Below are positions 26,978 to 57,370 of a DNA stretch of 64,000 bases, piece by piece. A program made the position numbers and the translations under genes. The stretch comes from Blastocystis sp. Blastoise (Eukaryota > Protista > Bigyra: Opalinata). The first letter of the stretch is position 1, and each line of letters begins with the position of its first letter. Below the pieces are notes generated by a model. It was given only the letters and a program-made list of their open reading frames with translations, searched no databases and was not told the origin of the DNA. Location of the stretch: positions 186,001-250,000 of the forward strand of contig JBBPEB010000004.1 in the NCBI GenBank assembly GCA_039096225.1, in the 5' to 3' direction.

Positions 26978-28512
26978 ATGGAACAATCTACACAACAACC
27001 TCAAAATACAAATCCTACAAATGAAGAGACAAACGTTTCTCAGCCAATAGAGAACCTTGAGCCTTACATTGAAGATGATAATAGTGTAACAGAATCAACA
27101 GAAACAAAACCTAAATATGAAAAAACTGTTGCTCAAGATTGTATATTTTTCCTTCAAGGTAATTGCACAAAGGGAGATAATTGTCCTTTTCGTCATTATG
27201 CCCCTGCTCGTGACGCTACTCAATTATGTAAATTTTACAAAACTCGTTCATGCACAAAACCAGATTGTCCATACCTTCATTTAGATTCAATAGTATTTTT
27301 TTTACATTTATAATAATAAATGTTTTTATTATTGTGTTTTCTATATATTTTTATTTATATATTCTTTTAATAGCCTGCTTTTGCTAAGAAGAAGATCCCT
27401 TGTGTTCATTTCTTTAATGGTTATTGTAGTAAAGGTGATAAATGCCCTTTTTCTCATGATGGCATTCCTCCACCAGCTTCAGAACACAAGAAAACAAATA
27501 AACCTGTATATTTATTTTTATTTATTGTTTTATAGTAGTTTTATTTTATTTATTATTTTATTTTATTTATTATTTTATTTTATTTTATTTTTTTATTAAT
27601 ATTAATTAATAATTAATAATATTTATTATATGTTTACTATTACTAATTATAGATTATAAAGAATGCAGCTATTGACCAAGAAACTCTTCAACACTCTATT
27701 ATGGAAGCCTTTGTATATATATATATATATATATACAATATTTTTATTATTCTATTATTAACTTAAGCTTATTCATATATTCTCTTTTTCTATAGTTATC
27801 AGTTATTGGTGCTCCATTATCCAATCAGATGGCTTCAAATGCTGCGATGTCCAATCCGATGGCTGCTAATCCTGCCATGGCATTTAATACTATGAATGCT
27901 ATGATACCTAATAATCATAATAATAATAATCATAATAGGGGATATAATAATAATAATAATAATAATAATTATAATAATAAAGGATATAATAATAATAATA
28001 ATAATAGACAAAATAACGATTTTAATAATATAAATATGAATAACGATTACACAAATAATTATAATTCAAACCGTAAAAGTTATCAAACTCAACATAATAA
28101 GAATGTCCATAAAAATGTTAAGAACGAACCTGTTGTCATTGATGACACATTACGACGCAGAATGGAAAAATTTGGTACAGGCCCTCGTGGAAATAATATT
28201 AATAATAATTATAATAATAATAATAATAATAATAGAAATAATTTATTATATTCTATTAATACAACAAAATATGAATCAAATGATAATATAAAACCAGAGA
28301 CAATTCCAAACTCTACAAATAAACCTGTAGCATCCCATGAAATGAATGCTTCTAGTCCTGATATTATTACTACTAATAACAATAATAATAATAATAATAC
28401 TAATAATAATGAAAGTAATAATACTAATACTAATAATAATACTGAATCTACTCCAAATATGTCAGATGTTATCAATGAAGATGATTTTGATGATCTCTAT
28501 GATTTAATTTAA
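26978..28512 (+). CDS. Triple CCCH zinc-finger RNA-binding protein with Asn-rich tail
   Basis: CIFFLQGNCTKGDNCPFRH, CKFYKTRSCTKPDCPYLH and CVHFFNGYCSKGDKCPFSH. Three GT-AG introns. Confidence 0.88.
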
Positions 28513-29367
28513 TATATATATATATATACATACATATAAACTTTCTTCTTTTTATTTTTTATATACAATCTAGGAATAAAATATATTCGTTTTCTCAGTT
28601 TTATATTGTTCTATATATATTTAATAAATATATCTTTCTTCTTTTATTTTTATTTGTATAATTATATGTATATACATATTTATTTTAGTATATATATATA
28701 CATATTTATGTTTTATTTTGATTCAAGTTTGTATTCCTTGTGTTTTCGATAAAAATTTAAAAAAGACATAACATTATGTTATAATAATTTATTATATTTT
28801 TTTAATCGTAAAGAATAGAAATATATTTCTATTCTTATACATGTATAGTGAACGTGTTTTGTTAATATAAATAATTCATCAATAGTATAAAATTAATTTT
28901 ATTGATATCAATTTTAATTGAAAAAATAATTAAATATATATGTTCTATAAAACAAAACAAAATAATATATGATTTCAATAATATTCACATTTCCCATAAA
29001 AAAGTTATTAAATATGAATAATATACAAAATGAATAACTATTAAATTTATGTTAAACCAATAAATAAATATAAAAATGTATACTCTCATATGAATATATA
29101 AAATCTATGAAGAAGAATTTTATAAGTATATGAAATTGCAAGAAGTGTTATATACATACATATATAGATAAAAGAATAATAATATAAAGAGATAATATTA
29201 TTATTTTAATATATGAACGACAAAGAAATATAAAAGTAAATGTGATAGCAAAACATATGAATCGAAAAAAAGGATAAAATATATATATTTAAAAAAAAAA
29301 AGAATAAATAGTATTATATTTAAAAAAATATTTAATCTGATCAGTTTTCATATATATATTTATATCC

Positions 29368-32695
<3,328 letters not shown>

Positions 32696-33555
32696 TATTA
32701 AACTACACAAAATATATATATAACAAATATATATTTATTATTGGGAGAGAATAAGAATATTTATATAAAATATATAGATTTATATACAACTAATGTGTGT
32801 ATATTATAGATTTATAAGTTAGAATAAAAAGTAAGAAATTACTATCGTTATTTAATGCCTTTTTTAATTAATTTTTTTTTCTCGTTTTTTTTTGGACAAT
32901 CCGACATAGCATTTTATAAGTTTTAATTATTGTGACCTCTCTCGACGTATTATTTTCGTTTTGAATGTGTTTTAGTATACAACGATTTTAAGTATTACTG
33001 TAATACTCATTTATTTGTAGATTCCGTCGTGAAAAACTCTGCTACATTTCCTACAAACGAACATGAGAACTGTCAATCTGAAAGAAGAAAATATTTTCAC
33101 GGGGAAAATGTTTGTAGTAATGTTATTTGGTCGATTTCCATGATTATTAAGAAAACTTGTTAAGAAACTAGAGAAAAACATTCCGGTTTTTTTTTCTTCT
33201 TTTTCATGGAAATTCTCTGTTTCTGATGAGAGCTTCGAAATTGTTCGAGAAGAACAAAAATTTGAAAAGAAAAAAAAATCAAGTAAAACTAGTAGTATCT
33301 TTTTTATTTTTTAAAAACAAAAGTGAATTTTATTGAGTTTTATTGAGTTTTATGTAGTATTTATGAGTTTGGAATATGAGAGATGCATTTAATTTGAAAT
33401 TATACATGAGATTTTCTGATTACATTAAGATTTACAAGCAAAAATACTTTTAGAGCATCCATATTACACAATGAAGTCATTAGAATGCTTTGCATAAAAA
33501 TTGATCAATATAACAAATAAGAAAATCGCATATTATCTAAAACTTATACCATTGA

Positions 33556-34491
33556 TTAAAATGAATCTTGTAGATGATTTTCAATGGCTACATCTTCAGA
33601 AAGTAAAGGTATCGATTGTTCTTTTCCTAAATGTTTTAAATAAAAAAAGTAACATGATAAATCTCTCTTAAATAACATAAAAATTGGAAATATATATATA
33701 TACTTTCTTTCTCTTCTGTGTCAAGATTTTGTTCAACGATTTCCATCTCATTATCAACTTGATGTAGTTGTTCTCTTATCAGTCGAGCCTCTCCAAGCAT
33801 CTTATTTAATTTTTCTAATTCCTTGACTACAAAAATATATATACATATATAACGAAAACAAAAGATTATGTAAATGATAAATTTTTTATTACTATATAGA
33901 ACATACTTTCATTTGCAATTTGTTTTTTAGGATTTGATTGTGTTATTCCATGCTCTAATTTATAATTCTTGATTTCTAATCTTCGCAAATACAACTCCCC
34001 TTGCTCATCTCTAACAATTTTTGACTTTCCAGAATTATGAGGAACAACTGCTTGATACTTTTCTTCTGAGGGAGGTAATCCACTTACAGTCTATAAAAGA
34101 ATAATGGTTATAAATACTTCATTGGCATCTATATATTCTCTAGAATAGAAATTATAAGCATACAATCTTATTTGTTGGATCAAAGGGCGCAAATATTCTC
34201 TTCACCTCTTCTAATGTCTTCTTTGGATCGCCTATATTATGATCAAATTTTATGAAAGATCATGTAGATACGTTTCACAACATGTTTTATCTTATTTTCC
34301 TTTTTTGATTCCACTGGTTTTACAGTATCTTTTGGTAATTTCTTAGACTTTTTTGATTTCTTGTTTTTTTCCTTTTTTGATCTATTTTTTGTCTTCTTCT
34401 CTTGTGTTTCAAGTACGTGTTCTGATGAATTTTCAATTTGAACCGACTTTTCTTCTACAACGTCTTTGACTACGGTATCTTTTGATTCCAT
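33556..34491 (-). CDS. Hypothetical Lys/Glu-rich coiled-coil protein
   Basis: MESKDTVVKDVVEEK... Four GT-AG introns splice in phase to TAA at 33556-33558. No domain recognised. Confidence 0.7.
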
Positions 34492-35175
34492 TTCTATATA
34501 ATAATTTATAAATAACCTGGTTGACTCCAAAATATATATATTTACTAATATATCATAAATAAATGAATAGAATAATAATAAAAAAATTAAAAAATCTTTA
34601 TAAAGCAGAATTTTTTAGAATTCTAATAATTTTTATTCTTTAGTTAAGTGTATCCTTTTTTTTTCTCAAAATTATTTTATTTGTTGTTTTGTATTTTTAG
34701 AAAATAAATTAAGATGATGTGTTTACTAAAAATACTATTTTTATTATTCTTTTCGATAATTGATTTCAATTTTTTATTTTTCTGTTTCAATAATTTATAT
34801 TATTATCTCTTCCTAAGTTTAACAAGACGACTGTCTACAATTAAAAACATAAATTAACGATTTTTATGTAAAAAACACTGATTGTTGCATTAAATGTGAA
34901 AATTATTGTCTTTTCACTTGACAAGCACCTTTCATTATATAAATCATAAGAAAAAAATTAATTATATATAAAAACCATATATAAATTAACTTCAAACAAT
35001 GAAGTATAAACATGAAATCATAATCGTGGTTGTCATCTACTATCCCAATAGAAATTTAAATATTCCCGCAATTTTAATCAATGAGACGTTTTTTATTTAT
35101 TTTTACTAATTTAAAAGACTTTCATTTATTATCTCTATATAGAGTTATTTTTATTCTTGAATAGAAAATCTGAAA

Positions 35176-38268
<3,093 letters not shown>

Positions 38269-39381
38269 AATTACTATTGTTTAAATTTAAATATATATTT
38301 ATTATCTTTATATACTTTAATATATATGAATAACTAATTAGTATGTGTTCTTTTATATATAATTTTCTTCATATAAATATGTATTATTGTCATTATATTG
38401 TTACATAAATATGAATTGCGTTCGTTATTTTTTTGATATAAATTATTAAAATAATTATTGAAATGTAAAAATTATACATTCTTTTGGATACTTGATGGTA
38501 TATATATACTTATTTTATTACTTGAGTATATATATTGTCACTGTTACTATTTCCTCAAATAATATAATGTGTATATACATATATATTGTATTTATTGATG
38601 ATAATTAGAACAAATTTATTATTCTTGAAAAATAACTAGATAAAACCCTATTTTTATCTATATCTTTTTCACTCTATTTCAGTTTATCCTATTAACATCT
38701 ATCTATAAACAGTTTTCATTATACTCAATATTCATACCATATATAGAATTATAGTTATTAATAAAAAATTACACAAAAATTATTTTAAAAGACAATAATA
38801 TTATGAAATATAAATGAATTATTAAAAACAAACAAACAAAATAATAAAACATGCAAAGGATATAAAAAATATAAAAGACAGAAATAGATAAATAAATATA
38901 TATTAATTATAAAAACCCATAAATTCAAAGTATAATTTATAATATATATGATTAATTTACAGCAAACTGTAAACAAATAAAAAAGAACGAAATTTTTATA
39001 TACAATACAAAAGAAATAAATTGTATATAAAAAAATATAATATTTCTAATAAAAATAAATAAAAATGCAGAATATATATATATATTAATCAATAACATAA
39101 AAAATAATAGTAAAACAATAGTTTTATAAAATCATATAGGATATAATACAAATGTTCTTTGGAGAAAAAAAATCGAAGAATTCTTGTGACAAACAAAAAA
39201 AAATAAAAAAAGAAAAAGATAAAAAATAAGAAAATGAAAAAAAGAGATAGCGTTGTTATAAAAAGTAATTATATGTAATATTATATATATATATGTAAAG
39301 GAGAAGTTATATATATTATATAGTTCTTATAATCTACTGTAGCTATAGTTTGTAGTAACTAAATATATAATTATATATATA

Positions 39382-48520
<9,139 letters not shown>

Positions 48521-48804
48521 ACGATACGAGTAAACTTATTAATTGAACGTGGTTTCAATTCTTGAAAAAGTATGTTTATAGTTCAAATATTGTTTAATAG
48601 ATCAATTTACTTTTTATATATGCAGTAAAATACTAAGTAATGTAATTTTTACTATAGACATTAATTTATGAAAAAAGCGAACTTTTAACTGGACATTCAT
48701 TTAAAACTCAAGAATACTTTTTGTTTTTAATAACTTTCTAGAATTGATTATTATTTGATCAATTCTTTTTATATTCTAATTTAAGTTTGTTCTTCAATAC
48801 TACT

Positions 48805-50604
48805 ATGAATATTCCTTTAATAATATCTGTGTCATCTCCTGGTAAAGTAATCTTGTTTGGTGAACATTCTGTCGTTTATGGTAATTATGCTCTTGCAGCA
48901 TCTCTGTCAGACATGAGAACCACATTAGAACTTTATCGTCTAGATTCTCAAGAATTTATCATAGATATTCAAAATGATAATTATTTACCAAATACTGAAT
49001 ACTATAATGAACAAAACAAATACGTTATGAATGTTCCTAACGTAATTCGATTATTCCAAAATTTGTCTTTAGAAGATATAAATTCTGATCCACTTATTTC
49101 AAAAGATCTTTTACAAAAACTTAAACTTGAATGTTCTTCATTATATAGTCGAACAATTATTTCATTTTGTTATATGTTTACACATCATTCTGAATACTTT
49201 CTAAATGAAAAGAATCAAGGATATTATTTTCGTATTTATTCGAATTCCTTACCTTGTGGAGCCGGATTAGGTTCATCATCTTCTTTAAGTGTTTCTCTAG
49301 CTACTATAATTTATCATCTAGATCATTCTAAAGAATTCAATCATAACGTATTTTTTATTTTTATTTTTATTTGTTTAGTATTATTAAATATATGTTAATT
49401 CATTTACATTTTATTATGTAATTATTATAAAAATTATTATAAAAATTATTATATGAAATTATAATGTTTATAGCCTGCTTTTTGGAATACTCCATCTCAT
49501 GAACAATTAATTTCTATTAATAAAATAGCATATATAAGTGAATGTATATATCATGGTACGCCTTCAGGAGTTGATAATTCTGTTTCATGTTTTGGTATGT
49601 TTATATATTATTAATTTAATTATTATTATTTATATATTGATTGAATAGAATTGTATGTAATTGTATTGATCTATTTTAGGAATTTTTTTTATTAGACTAT
49701 ATTATTATTATATTTTATTATATATAAATATATATTTTTTATTATTATATTTTTTTAAAGATTATATTTTTATTTTTCAAATTCATATATATATGAATAT
49801 ATAAATTATTTATGAATTCCTAGGAAATGCTATATTATTTAAGAAGGGATCTATTGAATATAAAACATGTCCATCGTTATCCTTATTAGTTGTCAATACA
49901 AATATTCCAAAGAATACGAAAGAATTAGTATCGAAAGTGCGTCATTTAAGAGAATGTATACCTACTATAATTGACCCATTATTTCAAAGTATTAATGAAC
50001 AAATATTTTATTTATTAGATTCTCAAAATGAAGTATATGCTATTTTTAGTTCTCTATTTATTTTAATTAGTGTTTTTTTTAGAATAATTTTTTTTATTAT
50101 TATAATTAACATTGGATAATAAAAATAGTAATTTATTGTTATGTTTAGAAAAGCAAGTATAATAAAAGTATATATATAGGATGAGTATTATGAGCGAGTT
50201 CAACGAATTATTCCTATATGTCAACATATATTAATATCATTAGGTATTAATCATCCATCAATTGACTATGTTACTTCTGCTATACAGAACTATTTACATA
50301 TACCTTCTAAACTTACTGGAGCAGGTATATATATTATATTCTTATATTATTTAATAATGTTATTTTTATTTTTAATATTTCTTTTTTTGAAAATGATAAT
50401 AAATATATAATAAATATAATATATAATAAATATAATATATTCTATATAGGTGGTGGTGGTTGTGTTATATGTTTTCTTCCTAAAGAATTAGATTTTCATA
50501 AGGATTCATCATTTTTATCTTTAGTTGAAGAATTAGTAAAGAATAATATGAATTATTATGTTACTCAAGTAGGAGGAAAAGGTGTTCAATATTATCTACC
50601 TTAA
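48805..50604 (+). CDS. MVK: Mevalonate kinase (GHMP family)
   Basis: [38 protein letters not shown] and SKLTGAGGGGC. Four GT-AG introns. Confidence 0.93.
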
Positions 50605-50783
50605 TTCTATTATTATTTATTTTATTTTTGGGATCAATAAATAAATATTAGCAAAGTTTTTTTTGTTTATTTTTTATATCTTCATTTTCACTTAAATAAT
50701 GAGTTATTAAAATAAATTTAATTAAAACAAAACAATATGAGAAATAAGACAAATGAGAATAGTTCTTTATCAAAAGTAATAAA

Positions 50784-53047
50784 TTACTTAGGAACCATTT
50801 GAGTAATACAGATTTCAGCTTGATTAGGTTGTTCAGCACCAAAGCCTTCAAATACAGTAATTACATTCTCTTTTCCATCATATCGAAGCCAATCCTTAGG
50901 AATATGATAATATTCTTGAGTGTATTCACCTTTATTTGATTTAATCATCCAGTATCTACCGATATCATTACCATTAATAAAAGCATGACCTCTCATAAGA
51001 CCCATAGGGTGGAATAATACTTCAATACCTCTCTTTAAATCTTTAGGAGTTTCAAAAGTAGAAGAGAACCAAGTAATAGGAGAAGCATTTTCTAGATCTT
51101 CTTTCCATTCTACTTTTTCTATACCTTTATCATTATATATTTCTAAATATTCGCCAGTAAGACCATTATAATGTTTCCATTCTTGATTAATGAAATCATT
51201 ACCATTCATCTTTATCCAACCACAAATACCCATAATAATCATCATTCTTAAATAATGACATATATATAAATGATAATAAAATATAATAATAGGATATTTA
51301 ATAAATAAATAATAAATAAATAAATAATAATAATAAAAATAAGAAAACATAATAATAATAATATAATATACCCTTCATTCTATCATGATTCCAGGAAGGA
51401 TCACTATTACTATCCATACCATTAGGTAAACCTAATGATTCACTTAATAATAAAAGTCTATGAACACCTATAGGAATATCAAATTCTATAGTGAAAGTGA
51501 ACCACGCTTGTTTTCTTTCGTGATTATCTACAGCTGCAATCTTCTTGCCATCAATAAATAAATTATAAGCATTATCAGCAACACCACCAATTTCTAATTT
51601 ATTATGAGTTTGAATAAATTCATAATTAGTTTCATAATATAAGAATTCAGTTAAATCTCTTGTAATATTAATTTGTTCAGAAGCTTTATGTAATACAATT
51701 GGAGACATATATGTAGAAAGACTCTCAACAGGTTCATTCCAATATTTAAAATGAAGAGAAGATATAGGAGTTGTCTTACGAGTAATCTACAGAGAATATA
51801 TAAATAATTGTTAATAGTAAGATATTAATATTTAACATACTATATTTTATTTTTTATAATAATAATAATAATAATAATAAAATATATATATATAAACAAT
51901 AAATAAATAAACGAATAAAAGAATAAAATAATCAAATAAATATATAAAAACGATAAATAATAATCAAATAAATATATAAAAACAATAAATAATAATCAAA
52001 TAAATATATAAAAACAATAAATAAAATAATCAAATAAATATACCTTAGCAGGTTCAACATCATGAGTATTATAAACAATCTTTCCATCTTGATCAATAAC
52101 ATACATTTGAAAAGAATTAAATTCAAGATGATTACCCATATAATCACAAGAATTCTTTTCATTATTTTGATTTTCTAAGAAATACATAGCTTTGTCATTA
52201 TATTTATATGTAAACATCTTTATTTTATCATTAATCCATGTTTCTTTCTTAACTTGAGCTTCATCATTTAAAAGAATATCAGCAATAGAAGCTACAAACT
52301 TATGCATCTTTACAAGATGAGAATGTTTGGGCTATATATATATATTTATATATATTAGTTACTATTTCAATTCAATTCAATAAATATATATTTATAATAT
52401 AATAATACATTCTATTTAAAAATATATATTAAAAAATAATAATAATAAATATAAATATATAGTTCATTAGGCATGGTATCTGAACGAATAAGGACACCAT
52501 TTGCATATCCATTAGCCATACTATTAGCAGCCCAACGACCATAATGATTCCCTCCAAACCACATATAATAATTATGATAACTACCTCCTCTATCAAACCA
52601 TTTCATAATAGCATAAGAATAATCCTCAGGAGTTCTAGAATCCCAACCATAATAATCTTCTCTATTACTATTATCCATTCCCCAACCTTCAAACCATCCT
52701 TCATTTTCAGTCCAAACACCTGGTTGATCAACAAGAATACGACCTGTTTGACCACCACTCTCTAAATAAGTATCACAATTATTACCATTACAAGCATTAA
52801 TAGCTTCATCAGCTGTATTACCATTACACATTACCCATGGGATATCAGACTATATATATATATATTACAATAGTTATATTTTTTATTGGAAAGAAATCAA
52901 TAATATATAAATATAAAAATAAATATAAAAATAAATATAAAAATAAATATATAAATAAATATACTTTAAGTTCCATAGCAAGTTTACCACACCAATTAAC
53001 ATATTCTTTATCACCATTCCATAATTCATTTTCTATCTATATATAAG

Positions 53048-53087
<40 letters not shown>

Positions 53088-53826
53088 AGTTATAAAAATA
53101 AATAACAATAAATAATAAAATAAATAATACTAAATAATAAAATATACTTGAGACATCATAATAGGACCACCAACATCAGAAAAATAATCACGAACTTCTT
53201 CAACTAGAGTATGCATCCATTTAGCCATATATTTTTCCCAAAGTTCATTAGAAGATCTATAACGAATACCTTCCTTATATTGTAACCAAGAAGGAATACC
53301 ACCATTGTCCCATTCAGCACAAACATAAGGTCCAATACGCATATTAACAAAGAGACCACGTTCTTTACATTTATCTAAGAAAAGTCTTAAGTTACCACGT
53401 CCTTCCCAATTAAATTCACCTTCAATAGGCTCATGATAATTCCAAAAAGTGTAAATTTGTATTAAATTAAATCCATCTTCAACAGCTTGATCAAGAACGG
53501 TATCCCACATTTCTATATAGATGTAATACAATATTTGAATATAAAATACTTGAGAATAGAAATAAACAAACAAACAATAATAATAATAATAATAAAAAGG
53601 AAATGCTAAAAAAAAGTCAAAAGGAATAATATATACCAGGAGTAGCACGGGGATAATGAACAGAACCAGCAAGGAATAAAGTTCTTCTTCCATTAATCAT
53701 AAAAGAACGTTTATCCCAAGTAATATTGTAAGGTTTACCTTCTAATTCACTATAATAAATATAGTTTGGATTCTTAACGAGAGCTAAAGCAGCTACAACA
53801 AATAGTGCCAACACTAAAAACTTCAT
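50784..53826 (-). CDS. Secreted GH35 beta-galactosidase
   Basis: Signal peptide; GSVHYPR, IYTFWNYHEP, RIGPYVCAEWDNGGIPSWL, SQIENE (acid/base), WTENEGWF (nucleophile), NYYMWFGGNHYGR, INGNDIGRYW and TQEYYHIP. Six introns, two of which have non-canonical ends. Confidence 0.93.
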
Positions 53827-55141
53827 TTGACTTTTAAAACAATTAAAAGAAAACAAATAATTTATGTAAAAAAAGTAGTTTTCATCAGGAATAATGTTCT
53901 AAAAGGGGATACAATGACGTTATAATGTGTCACATTTTTATGTACCATAACTTTTGTTTTATAAGCGTATTTATTTCGTTACTTCTTTTTAGAAACTGGG
54001 ACATATCTCACAATAATATCCTTTCCCTATTATTACTCGTGCTTTGTCATCAGCTTTTCTTCTCTTCTATTATTATATTTTCTTTTTTGTTTCTTGTTGA
54101 ATATTATATAGAAACTTGATGTTTCTTATATCATTATATGAGTTATAAAAAAATAATAAAGAAGAGACTTGATTGTTATTTATTGATGTGAAAATAAAAG
54201 AAAACGTTTTTTATGTTATTTCTAACATAACCTGTCAGAAAAGCGGAATTCTATTGGTCAATAAAAGCGTTTTATCCAATTAATTTGATGATATATGACT
54301 ATGAGAAATTCTATCTGGTTTTCATTTCTGAATTGTTTCTCCAGTTTCTATTGGAAGAACAACATTACTTCTGGATTTCATTCTAGTCTTTCTATGAAAA
54401 TGAGCAAGATAAACATCAGGGAAATAGATCTACATGATCTAAGAAAGAAATTCTTTCTAGAAATATTAAGACAATAAAAAAGAATGTAAAATCCTTTAGA
54501 ATTATCAAAAAATGGAATTACTAAACTTAATTTACTATTCTTAGTTTAGTGAATAGAAAATAATGATAGCCGAACAGTTGATATCAATTTAAGAAGGGAC
54601 TAGGATATACTGAGTGAAAAGAATCGTTTTTTAGTAGTGATTGAAAATATTTTTATGAATTTTTAATATATATATATATTATGTTGAATAGCATTTGAAA
54701 ATATATAAAATTGAGTAATTTATTGCTTAACGCAAGTTTCAAAAACATTTTTCTGAAACTCTATAGCAATATAAATATATATTTATAAGAAAATGATTAT
54801 ATAAAGGAGATAAGAAATCTAGTATTGTTTGCTATTTGTTATATGTTGTTATTATCTATTTGAGCTTTTATTATTTCTATAATTTGCTTTTTATATTTTA
54901 ATATACATTCTATAAGATAATATAGATGAAGTATAATAGTTTATGTATCTTTATGTTTTTAAGTGGTGATATTAAAAAATATATATATTCTATATTTTCA
55001 TATTGAGGAAGTATATATATATCAAATTCATGTATATAAAAATATGATCATCAATATACTTGTTTTGAGTAAATGCTTAAAAAGAAATAAAACAAAACAA
55101 AACAGAAATATATTTATATATATATATTTATATATATTCCT

Positions 55142-57107
55142 TTAGGATGAAGCATGAGATTCTTGAATATGTGTTGCTAATTCTGAATAGAATTCAAATG
55201 TTTGATAACAACTAATAAATATATTTTATTATTTATATAAACTTAATAAATATAAAAAAATACTTTGAAAATTGACATTTATAAGGTTTTTCAACACTTA
55301 TAATATGTGAAGAAGAAATAATAGTTTTTGATTTTGATTGAGTTTTAGAAGGTAAATAATTATTAATTTCCTAAAATATAGATAAAAATAAATAATAATT
55401 AGAATATATATATATACAATTTGTTTTTGTTTTATGTTTTTTTGATCTTGTTTATCATAATATATATTGGATTTCTTTATATTATTCATAATATTACCTA
55501 GTAATTTTGTATTTCTATAAGAATAAGTATATATAATGAGTATATATATTACCCTGTTCCAATAATAGATCTACGACTTTCAGGTCTATATAAAATCAAA
55601 ATATATATGAAAATAAAAATAAAATAGAGAAAAAAGAAATAAAAAATAATGAATAAAAATAAAAAATTGATCATACTCATGAATAGCAAATACTTCATAT
55701 ATTTATATACTTTGGACTTATTTGAGAAGGAGAAGAAGAATGGCTATTTATTGATTCATGTATATTGTTAATATTTTCATTATTTAAGTCCTTCTCATAG
55801 ATATTATTCTTAGATACTATACATTAATAATAAAATATTAAACATATAGTAATAAATACATTGATTTTTATTAAGTATTTCTTGATCTATAGGTGATTCT
55901 ATACATGATGATTTCGAGTGACTTTTACTATGTGCAGATGATCTATGTATATGATTCGAAGAAGAATAGTTAAGTATATTATTATTCTGATTTCTATAAG
56001 TAGTATTTTCATATGAATAAGAATGTTGTGAATCAAGATAGGATCTAGAAGAAGGAGAAGGAGAAGGAGAAGATTTATAGTTATTCTTATCTTTATATTT
56101 ATCACTAGATTTAGAATTATACTTATCTCTTGATCTATCATTAGAATTATAATTATCTCTATATCTATCTTTAGATTTAGATTTATACTTATCTCTTGAT
56201 CTATCTCTATATCTATCTTTAGATTTAGATTTATAATTATCTCTATATCTATCTTTAGATTTAGAATTATAATTATCTCTATATCTATAATTATCTCTAT
56301 ATCTATCTTTAGATTTAGATCGATATCTATATTTATCATTATTTCTATCATTATTTCTATATCTATCTCTAGAAGAATGATGATGATGATAATGATGATG
56401 AGAATCTGGAGATATATGAACATGCTCAGAAAATTTCTTTAAAGGAGATGAATTTATGTTCAATGAAGATTGAATATTTATAGTAGAAGAATCATTTACT
56501 TTATTCTTATATATATATTCTATTTTAGATGTATCATTTCTAATATTTTGTTTTTCTTCTTTAGTTTCTTTCATTTCCTTTGTATCTATCTTAGAATTAT
56601 TTACTGAAAATATATCTACATTCACTTTTGACCATATTTCTTCTGAACTTGGTATAGATATATTTGTAACTGACTCATCTTTTGTCTGTTTAAGTGGATA
56701 TAATTGATCCATTTCATCATAAGAATCAAGATCCATTTCCTCTGAAACCTATAGAATAATTCAAACAAATATATATTAAACTAAAAGAAAATGTTTTTAA
56801 AAGAAGTAATGATCAATAACTTAATTATACTTTTGAATGGTTCTTTTCATCTAAACTATATATAGAAACATAGGAATGATCGAATAGTATCATAACAAAA
56901 CATACGTATCGCTTGGTAACTGTATTTGTATTTCTTCAAGCCTATTTACTAATAAAAATAATAAAATAAGGATGTTTACGAGTTGAAAACATTATTGTCA
57001 TTTTGAATAATGGCCCTATATGAATGAATAACATAATTAAAGTAGTTAATGTACTTCATTTCTTCATAATTATACATAGGTGCTCCTGTTTTTTGTGGGA
57101 CACTCAT
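55142..57107 (-). CDS. Arg/Asp/Ser-repeat protein with one C-terminal C2H2 zinc finger
   Basis: Nine GT-AG introns. Central (SKSKDRYRDNY)n repeats. Spliced C-terminus EKPYKCQFSNCYQTFEFYSELATHIQESH. Confidence 0.78.
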
Positions 57108-57370
57108 TGCTAAAATCAATAAAAATAAGATAAGGACCTATAAGGATAGAATTCAAACACACAAGAAATTTAAATAATAATTGAAAATAATCACGAAAAT
57201 AAGAATTTGAAACACTAAAAATCCTGTTTTTTTACAAATGAGATTCAATTTTTTTATGTGAATTCTTCTTTGGATCAAAGCATTATTTAATATAAATAAT
57301 TATTAATATATATATTTCAATGTATATCTGTTTGTAATCTAATGCTTTCAAGTATATTAATATATAGATC

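Noticed and set aside
34650-34657. GTATCCTT U12-like donor on the plus strand
   Set aside because: Intergenic, with no upstream exon or matching branch site.
54280-54530. Coding-like stretch / 60-aa ORF between beta-galactosidase and the C2H2 gene
   Set aside because: Stops in the more protein-like frames, no splice structure and no motif. At best an unidentifiable fragment.
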